Of a stretch of 38,053 nt of DNA, positions 20,106 to 26,244 are shown piece after piece. The stretch comes from a virus. Its lineage: Duplodnaviria > Caudoviricetes. The stretch's first letter is position 1. Each line of letters opens with the position of its first letter. The position numbers and the translations under genes were made by a program. The notes under the pieces were generated by a model. It made no database searches. It was given only the letters and a program-made list of their open reading frames with translations, and had not been told where the DNA came from. The stretch covers positions 1 to 38,053 of IMG/VR virus record IMGVR_UViG_3300037424_001533. One strand, 5' to 3'.

Positions 20106-20179
20106 CACCAACGGTCCCGCGGTAAGCCCGACGTTGTGCTTCACAATGTGCGAATGCGAACGGGCTACCGCTGTTATAC
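20106..20179 (-). repeat. attC-like site (end of cassette 7)
   Basis: CACCAAC..GCGGTAAGCCCG ... CGGGCTACCGC t GTTATAC, with one extrahelical base. Confidence 0.8.
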
Positions 20180-20217
20180 GAAGTTTGCGACGATTCATTA
20201 ATGTTCTGCCGCCGCTC

Positions 20218-20544
20218 TTAGATTTTCCGCACATGGTTTACAGGACGAGTAAAGTTATACTCCAGCTTGCGTTGTACCGCCTCAATCATTAACTCAGGCG
20301 AAATATCAACACCTGTTAGGTTGCAAGCGCGAATGATTACATCAGCAAGTTCCGAGACAAAACCCTCCGGTTTGCCATCCGCCCTATACCGAAGGCCCAT
20401 ATCACCACCGCGAATGCACTCAGCCGCTTCAGCGCATTCCCCAACAACAAGCATAAGCGATTCAAGAGCACTGAGTTTACCCCAATCATGCCGCGCATTG
20501 TTTTCCCCCGAAAGGCGAATAATTTCACTAAGCGCTATATCCAT
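20218..20544 (-). CDS. Cassette 7: MazG-like NTP pyrophosphohydrolase
   Basis: LMLVVGECAEAAE...SELADVIIR (ExxE...ExxD), KLEYN. Confidence 0.75.
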   Translation of the reverse strand: MDIALSEIIRLSGENNARHDWGKLSALESLMLVVGECAEAAECIRGGDMGLRYRADGKPEGFVSELADVIIRACNLTGVDISPELMIEAVQRKLEYNFTRPVNHVRKI

Positions 20545-20595
20545 TTTATTTTCCTTTCTTGCGGCGGCCTATCAAACAGACTCGTCGCAAATTTT

Positions 20596-20747
20596 GTATA
20601 ACGTGCAACTAATTGCGAAGTTGCCGTACAAGATCGTCTATTAATGCAGTTACAGCCTCGCGATCTCCTTCAGGTAATTTAACACACAAATCCTCTATTT
20701 TATCAAGTACGGCAATTTGCGTAGCGCACGCAATTTGTTTGTTGGCT
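20596..20747 (-). repeat. attC-like site, long (end of cassette 6)
   Basis: GTATAAC gtgc AACTAATTGCG AAGTTGCCGTAC ... GTACGGCAATTT..CGCAATTTGTT t GTTGGCT. Confidence 0.75.
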
Positions 20748-20950
20748 GCGGCTACTGCCGGAACTATGCCCGGTGACTCCAATGTAATCTGGAGGCGGTT
20801 TGCCGTATCTTTGTCTACAGCAAAAACGGGAACGGTATATCCATCATCACCCTGACCACGACGCATCCTGTCGTCCTTAATGTCGGTATATTCAAAACGG
20901 CGAGATTGCGGGTTAAACCAGCCGACCTGCGAAAACTCTTTTACTGACAT
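20609..20950 (-). CDS. Cassette 6 hypothetical protein
   Basis: RBS AGGAGG; 113 aa. Confidence 0.65.
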   Translation of the reverse strand: MSVKEFSQVGWFNPQSRRFEYTDIKDDRMRRGQGDDGYTVPVFAVDKDTANRLQITLESPGIVPAVAAANKQIACATQIAVLDKIEDLCVKLPEGDREAVTALIDDLVRQLRN

Positions 20951-20986
20951 TGCAGCCTCCTATTTACATGGTTCACCGGGCATTGC

Positions 20987-21072
20987 AGCCAACGTGCGCC
21001 GCATGGCCGAAGTACCGGCCTATAAATCCAATACTAAAGTGTTGCCGGTATTTTGGCCTGCGGCTGTTAGGC
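20987..21072 (-). repeat. attC-like site (end of cassette 5)
   Basis: AGCCAAC gtgc GCCGCA t GGCCGAAGTACCGGC ... GCCGGTATTTTGGCC TGCGGC t GTTAGGC. Confidence 0.85.
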
Positions 21073-21691
21073 GCTGTACCGGCTCCGCTCCCTGTTCTGA
21101 GCGCGCATTCTTGATTGATTCGTAAACGTATAAGCCCAATTCTGGATCAGTACAGTTCCGCAACGACAGCCTTTTGTTTTCTATCTTGCTTTTTGAAATG
21201 TCCAATCCGTATGTAAAGTCGGATATTGCGTTTTTGCTTCGTATATCGCTCGGTTTGAATTGCTTGTCCTGAATATTAAAATTTGTCCAGACCAAGTGCC
21301 TACCCAAAACCGCCGATGGGGCAACGAGCGGTTGATAATAAGGTTTTGTGTTCTCAACACAATAAAGACCAGAAAAGTAATGTTTCAAAAAAATGATTTC
21401 TTCGTATAGTTTCATATCTGGAAATACCGCCGAATAACCCTTTGCGCGAAACCCAACATTGTACCGATACTGCCCGTGAGTTGGGCAAGGTGGACTCGAC
21501 CAAATAAAATCAAATTCAGAATAATGTTCCTGTAAATAAGAGTGAGCATCACCAACCACTACATTATCGTGAGGAAAAAATTGTAAGTAACAATGTGCGA
21601 TTTTCTGGTCGAGTTCCACAGCTGTTACTTCGCAATCCGTCCACAACTTGCGGTTGCCCCCGATGCCAGCGTATAGATTCAGTATTTTCAT
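21020..21691 (-). CDS. Cassette 5: short C5-cytosine DNA methyltransferase
   Basis: LYAGIGG (motif I), SPPC (IV), VEN (VI). Confidence 0.8.
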   Translation of the reverse strand: MKILNLYAGIGGNRKLWTDCEVTAVELDQKIAHCYLQFFPHDNVVVGDAHSYLQEHYSEFDFIWSSPPCPTHGQYRYNVGFRAKGYSAVFPDMKLYEEIIFLKHYFSGLYCVENTKPYYQPLVAPSAVLGRHLVWTNFNIQDKQFKPSDIRSKNAISDFTYGLDISKSKIENKRLSLRNCTDPELGLYVYESIKNARSEQGAEPVQRLTAAGQNTGNTLVLDL

Positions 21692-21738
21692 TTCTTAATT
21701 TCCTGCGCGCTCTTAAAAATGGTCGGAGCCGGTATTGC

Positions 21739-21809
21739 GCCTAACGGTTGACCAAGTGCGAAGTGCTGTACTCAGCATTTAGGCTTCCGGTGCACTTGGT
21801 TTGTTAGGC
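21739..21809 (-). repeat. attC-like site (end of cassette 4)
   Basis: GCCTAAC ggttg ACCAAGTGC ... GCACTTGGT tt GTTAGGC; canonical RYYYAAC/GTTRRRY boxes. Confidence 0.85.
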
Positions 21810-22072
21810 GCTGAATTGCCTGCTTCCGCAGTGTCAGCCGCGCCTCTTCCGTCTGTCTTTTTTCCATTGTGAATAACAAAACCGGACGGATCAACATATA
21901 CTTTTCCACAATCGCACAATTCTTTGTTTACGGTTATTGTGCGAGGCCCAACCACATGAATATCGTGAGCTATTAAATACGCCGATATCGCCATAGCAAC
22001 ATCGAACCCAGTAAGAAAAATATCAACACCGGGGCCATACTCTGTAATACCTTTACCGTATTCTATTTTCAT
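21779..22072 (-). CDS. Cassette 4 hypothetical protein
   Basis: RBS GAGGA; 97 aa. Confidence 0.7.
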   Translation of the reverse strand: MKIEYGKGITEYGPGVDIFLTGFDVAMAISAYLIAHDIHVVGPRTITVNKELCDCGKVYVDPSGFVIHNGKKTDGRGAADTAEAGNSAPNKPSAPEA

Positions 22073-22122
22073 TTTTCCTCTTTTCGGCGCGGCCTACTTG
22101 TATAAAGAGCAGGCAATTTTGC

Positions 22123-22199
22123 GCCTAACGGGAAAGTATGTTGCTGTTTGGTACAACCGCATATTCACTTTCCCAAATGGAAACATACGGTTGTTGTTT
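22123..22199 (-). repeat. attC-like site (end of cassette 3)
   Basis: GCCTAAC..GTATGTT..TTTGG ... CCAAA..AACATAC..GTTGTTT. Confidence 0.7.
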
Positions 22200-22239
22200 T
22201 TATGTTTGCCGGGCTTCCTTGATTTGCTTCCGGCGCATC

Positions 22240-22476
22240 TTACGTTCTTTGCAACCAAAACACGTCAATCCAATATTCGTTTCCGGTGTGACTTCGCACC
22301 TTGATCTGCTCACCAAATTCGGAAGTCTGAATAACCTCGGCAGAAATATTTTTTCGCCACTTAAAAAAATGCACCATAGACCCGACAGGAAAGGCCAAAG
22401 GAATAGTTTCTCGAATAGAGTTTGTTAATGCCTTCCTCTTTAGTTCCAACGATGTCAATTTGAGCTTATAATTCAT
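22240..22476 (-). CDS. Cassette 3 hypothetical protein
   Basis: RBS GAGGAG; 78 aa. Confidence 0.7.
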   Translation of the reverse strand: MNYKLKLTSLELKRKALTNSIRETIPLAFPVGSMVHFFKWRKNISAEVIQTSEFGEQIKVRSHTGNEYWIDVFWLQRT

Positions 22477-22522
22477 GTTTCTCCTCGCGCCGGACTATCC
22501 ATTCAGAAGCCCGGCAAATTGA

Positions 22523-22614
22523 AAACAACGGCGGTCGTACCGTCTGAAGTGACGGTAGCCGCTTTATTTTTGATCTCCATTGGCTACCGGCATTTCAGAC
22601 TGCGACTGTTGGAT
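22523..22614 (-). repeat. attC-like site (end of cassette 2)
   Basis: AAACAAC ggcg GTCGTA cc GTCTGAAGTG a CGGTAGCC ... GGCTACCG g CATTTCAGAC TGCGAC t GTTGGAT. Confidence 0.8.
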
Positions 22615-22878
22615 TTTGGCCGCGTCTGCGCGGACAGAATCCAACAGGCAATCTGGTACGACCGCCGTTGGATTCAAGCTCAGGCCGGGTTTATCCCGGA
22701 CTCCCGCTGCGCTGACTGCATACGATTCCACAAGTTTTTGTCGAGCCAAACACATGCCCGCGATGGCGTTCCTTGCTGCTTCGGCTGTACCAAACTTCGC
22801 ATCGTTTAATGCTGTTTCTAAAATCCTACAAAGATTCGTGAGATTGTTGTTGAAAACAGCTTCAGTTTCGTTTGTCAT
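22564..22878 (-). CDS. Cassette 2 hypothetical protein
   Basis: GAAAGGT upstream; 104 aa. Confidence 0.6.
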   Translation of the reverse strand: MTNETEAVFNNNLTNLCRILETALNDAKFGTAEAARNAIAGMCLARQKLVESYAVSAAGVRDKPGLSLNPTAVVPDCLLDSVRADAAKIQQSQSEMPVANGDQK

Positions 22879-22926
22879 TTGGCTCGACCTTTCAATTTAT
22901 AGGACTCAGAGCGCAGCGGGGCTTGA

Positions 22927-23009
22927 ATCCAACGTTCTGCGCTATGCTGACGTTGCCGGTTCCTCCGGCAATGTGGGCGCTGCGCCCGAACAGCATGGCG
23001 CTGTTGTAT
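22927..23009 (-). repeat. attC-like site (end of cassette 1)
   Basis: ATCCAAC gttct GCGCTATGCTG ... CAGCATGGCGC t GTTGTAT. Confidence 0.8.
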
Positions 23010-23256
23010 GCTGTAAACCGGCGCTCCCCATTTCTTCTGCCGCCTGCTTCTCAAAAACCTCGCGTAACGGGCCGTGCGGCAATAGTCTAAAATCCTTTTC
23101 CTTGATCGCCTGTTCAACCAGTACACGACAGGCGTTATCGCAATGAAGCGCGTTTACAATACCGACGATTGCAAAATTGTTGACACGCTCGTCTGGTTGA
23201 ACAGGCAGTATGTAATTGCCGCACACGTCACATTTTGCGCCAGAACTTGTTATCAC
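22942..23256 (-). CDS. Cassette 1 hypothetical protein with CxxC...CxxxC (possible zinc binding)
   Basis: RBS AAGGAGGT before GTG at 23256; CDVC and HCDNAC. Confidence 0.65.
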   Translation of the reverse strand: MITSSGAKCDVCGNYILPVQPDERVNNFAIVGIVNALHCDNACRVLVEQAIKEKDFRLLPHGPLREVFEKQAAEEMGSAGLQHTTAPCCSGAAPTLPEEPATSA

Positions 23257-23304
23257 GATGAACCTCCTTGCAGGCGGCCTATAATATGGTCGCCGGTTTA
23301 TTGC

Positions 23305-23340
23305 AGACAACTATACGTTTGATGAAATAATTAATACTAA
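23305..23340 (-). other. Candidate attI-like primary insertion site of the array
   Basis: First GTT core (AGACAAC on +) has no hairpin arm upstream; abrupt switch to AT-rich DNA. Confidence 0.5.
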
Positions 23341-23558
23341 CATATTGATTTTAAATAATTTTCACTTACATATTCTTTTAATAGTTTGTTCACGGCATAG
23401 TTACAAAAGTGAGAAATGCTCCCGATAAATGGACGAGGACATTTTGGTAATTTAACAGAATAAACTTTGCACAATTCGGCTTTTGCCCGTGTCATAGTAA
23501 TTTGTATAGGGTAATTTTGTAATTGTTTTTCTGTTAAACAGTTCTTTATTTTATTCAT
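23337..23558 (-). CDS. Small protein, possibly a ribbon-helix-helix DNA-binding protein
   Basis: IQITM...SISHFCNYAVNKLLKE pattern; weak. Confidence 0.45.
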   Translation of the reverse strand: MNKIKNCLTEKQLQNYPIQITMTRAKAELCKVYSVKLPKCPRPFIGSISHFCNYAVNKLLKEYVSENYLKSIC

Positions 23559-23610
23559 ATTAATAATATACTTAATAATTAATACAAAAGTATACTTTAT
23601 TTTAAATATT

Positions 23611-23808
23611 TTAATCCCCTATTTTTTCACGTTTAAAAAGAAACCATTCACAACAACGTTTAATCCACTCATCATTTTCTTCCATTTCATCAGGATTTAA
23701 ACTATGAAGAACTTGCTCAACTTCTTTTATGTTTCGTACCTGCTGTACCGGCTTCCTTGAACAATCTTTACACAATACTTCACGACATACTTCTTCAAGT
23801 TTATTCAT
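23611..23808 (-). CDS. Hypothetical protein
   Basis: Start MNKLEEV overlaps the stop of the upstream small ORF. Confidence 0.55.
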   Translation of the reverse strand: MNKLEEVCREVLCKDCSRKPVQQVRNIKEVEQVLHSLNPDEMEENDEWIKRCCEWFLFKREKIGD

Positions 23809-23938
23809 CTGAAAAATCCATCTTGACTTCTTTGACATCCATGAATATCTGTCCATCAAAATCTTGGCCGATGTTCTTGTCCGTAATTAATAATTCCATG
23901 GTAGTAGGATCGTACCGAACACTGATAGTTTTAAGCAT
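23801..23938 (-). CDS. Small hypothetical protein (45 aa, not in ORF track)
   Basis: RBS AAGGA; MLKTISVRYDP...DFSDE; fills the gap between genes. Confidence 0.55.
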   Translation of the reverse strand: MLKTISVRYDPTTMELLITDKNIGQDFDGQIFMDVKEVKMDFSDE

Positions 23939-23940
23939 AA

Positions 23941-24135
23941 TTATTCCTTATATCGTTTATTTTTAGGATTATACTTTGACAATTCTTTCCAAACAGCCCG
24001 ATATTTTTTACTATATAATTCTGATTCAGGGCAATAAGTTAAATCCCGCATAACTCCACATAGCCTTTGAAAACAACCAAAAGGATTACATACTTGGCAT
24101 TGATAAAAGTGTTGTTTAGTTTGTGGATCATTCAT
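23941..24135 (-). CDS. Small Cys-rich hypothetical protein
   Basis: Abuts both neighbours; CQVC..C...C...C. Confidence 0.55.
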   Translation of the reverse strand: MNDPQTKQHFYQCQVCNPFGCFQRLCGVMRDLTYCPESELYSKKYRAVWKELSKYNPKNKRYKE

Positions 24136-24828
24136 TTAAATTTTTCTTGTTATTTTTTTAATAGGTTCAATAATAGACTTTTCCCAGTTTCCAAGAGAAA
24201 GCCATTCCTCTTTGATTTCCGTTGAGGTAAATATGATCCAAACTCTTTGCCCCGTAAGTTCATTTACACTTCGCCACAATATTTTATTTTGTCCACTTGG
24301 CTCAATGAATACCGGGGCAAATTGCCCATCATACTTGCATGCCGCCGAGAGGGCATTGCAAGCTGATTCAAGTCGTGCCCTATTGTAAATGAATCGCTGG
24401 GGTGACGGTAAAGCAGTACCCTGCCACGTTTCCATGAATACCTTTTTCCAATCTCCTATAGGTCTATTAATTCTTCGTAATTCAAAATGCTGAGACTGTG
24501 TACCTGAACGGGTTTCAATGTTTACCAAAGGCCTATCTATCAGTGAGATGGAAGCGTGTTCGAGTATGCCCTTAAAAAGGGTGTCCTTCTGAATTGACTT
24601 GAACAACATTTCTATTGCTGACTTCGGGAATATGCATGCTTCTTTTAATGGGTTATGATCCCCAAAAGGTATTCTATTTAAAACTTCGGTTTTGACTGGT
24701 TCGGAAATATACAAAAGTAAACGATTGCTTGCCACAATAGTCCCATCAGGTTCTATTGAGCACACATCGGTTTTATCATCAAATAAACATGCGAGTGCAC
24801 CACCGAGTATTGCTTTATTTATGATCAT
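24136..24828 (-). CDS. Hypothetical protein, weak resemblance to a sliding-clamp domain
   Basis: 230 aa; IVASNRLLL recalls the beta-clamp VATDGHRL motif; ATGA overlap. Confidence 0.5.
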   Translation of the reverse strand: MIINKAILGGALACLFDDKTDVCSIEPDGTIVASNRLLLYISEPVKTEVLNRIPFGDHNPLKEACIFPKSAIEMLFKSIQKDTLFKGILEHASISLIDRPLVNIETRSGTQSQHFELRRINRPIGDWKKVFMETWQGTALPSPQRFIYNRARLESACNALSAACKYDGQFAPVFIEPSGQNKILWRSVNELTGQRVWIIFTSTEIKEEWLSLGNWEKSIIEPIKKITRKI

Positions 24829-25133
24829 ATAAGTATATTCTCTTTTATATGTTTTGCTATATGATACATCATCTTTGGCATAACAGCATTTCCAAGTAAA
24901 ATACCAGCATCTCCTTTTATTTTATAATCAATGGGAAAAGAACATATTGCTTTTAATTCGTTATCTGTTAAATGTCTTGGTTCTAACCAATGCCAATGTC
25001 TGTGCGTTTTAATCAATGTCGGAGAAACATCATTTGGATCAAGTTTAACAGATTGAAATGTTTCAAAAGACTTATTTTTTTTGCATATTTCCCATCTATC
25101 TAAAATATTTTTAGAATGCTTCTCCTTATTCAT
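24825..25133 (-). CDS. Stand-alone C-terminal module of a C5 DNA methyltransferase (variable region plus motifs IX-X)
   Basis: SPTL...EPRHLTDNELKAICSFP..Y...LGNAVMPKMMYHIAK; start inferred at MNKEKH. Confidence 0.7.
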   Translation of the reverse strand: MNKEKHSKNILDRWEICKKNKSFETFQSVKLDPNDVSPTLIKTHRHWHWLEPRHLTDNELKAICSFPIDYKIKGDAGILLGNAVMPKMMYHIAKHIKENILI

Positions 25134-26244
25134 TTTTATTTGTCCTTTGTGAACCAGTATAACCCTGTCCCGGTCCTTTAGGCATATCAAGCCATTCATT
25201 AAATGTCATCTTCTGGTAATATCCTGCAAGTAACCAAAAATTTCTGAATGCCCTGAGAGTTATTTTATCCCAGTGTTTTCCAATAAAATGATTATCACGA
25301 GAAGTAATATTTAACGGACTATATTGTTGAGGATATGGACGTATTTTAAGTCTGACACATTCTCGCATTCGATAATTTGCCTCATTAATATTATCCGTAA
25401 AATTAAATAAAGCATAGGCCATGATACTGTACTTTGATATTCCTTTTGATAATAATAATTTTATAGATTTTTGAAATATGCCTTCATCGGAAATACGATC
25501 AAAAGCAAGTCGTAAACCGCTTGTTACATAATTTATCTTAGCGAGTTCTCCTGCAATTTTATTATCAATCCATTTGCAATCAAGACCATTTTCAAACATA
25601 ACTTTTTTTTCTATCTTTACAAGATATGAAATGACATTTAAAGCATGGCCAGGAAAAGCAGGAATATTATTATCAAAAATCATAACATATTTTTTATCAA
25701 GTTTAATGCAATCTTTCCATATTGGATTTATCCAAAGTCCGGGCTCTATCCTCGGTACTGCACAATATCCGCATTTATTGACACACCCTCTTGTAGTAAA
25801 AACGATAGAATATTTATCATACGGGTCTTCTACTTTCCAGTCAATATTATAATCAGGAATATTTTCATCAAGTATTTTTGAATACCCCTTAAAAATAAAA
25901 ATATCAGGATATTGTTTATCAATTTCATTTGTTATTAATGATGCCGCTATTCCACCAAGCAATATTTTAGCTTTCGGGCAATATTTTTTTACATCATTAA
26001 TGCTTTGTTGAACCTTATCAAGATCATAAGTAAATAATGAAGTAATGCAAACAAGATCAACATTTTTAAAAAATATGGCATTGTACGCAAACCGATGAAA
26101 ATAAACTTTCTTTCCTTTAAGCATAGTTGCAATTTTCATAAGTCCCAAAGGAGGGTATTTTCTTGGATAATTGGGTTCTAACAAAATCACTTCTTTTCCT
26201 GATTTTATTATTTCAATCATATCTTTTTCATTTATAATAGGCAC
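25126..26244 (-). CDS. Radical SAM protein with B12-binding-like N-terminal domain
   Basis: PPLGLMKIA, LGGIAASL, TRGCVNKCGYC (CxxxCxxC), FDNN. Confidence 0.85.
   Translation of the reverse strand: MPIINEKDMIEIIKSGKEVILLEPNYPRKYPPLGLMKIATMLKGKKVYFHRFAYNAIFFKNVDLVCITSLFTYDLDKVQQSINDVKKYCPKAKILLGGIAASLITNEIDKQYPDIFIFKGYSKILDENIPDYNIDWKVEDPYDKYSIVFTTRGCVNKCGYCAVPRIEPGLWINPIWKDCIKLDKKYVMIFDNNIPAFPGHALNVISYLVKIEKKVMFENGLDCKWIDNKIAGELAKINYVTSGLRLAFDRISDEGIFQKSIKLLLSKGISKYSIMAYALFNFTDNINEANYRMRECVRLKIRPYPQQYSPLNITSRDNHFIGKHWDKITLRAFRNFWLLAGYYQKMTFNEWLDMPKGPGQGYTGSQRTNKNE

Larger units (their letters stand above)
18970..23311 (-). mobile_element. Integron-like gene cassette array (10 cassettes, 9 intact attC-like sites, no integrase in window)
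   Basis: Single-gene units separated by imperfect palindromes bounded by AAC and GTT. The end box of each unit matches the start box of the same unit. Confidence 0.85.

Noticed and set aside
19381-23009. Hairpins as simple rho-independent terminators
   Set aside because: They lack U tracts on the coding strand, often overlap coding sequence, and terminators would not explain the end-to-end matching of AAC/GTT boxes.
18970-23311. CRISPR array or REP-like repeat family
   Set aside because: The palindromes share structure but not sequence, and the intervening units are whole genes rather than 30-40 bp spacers.
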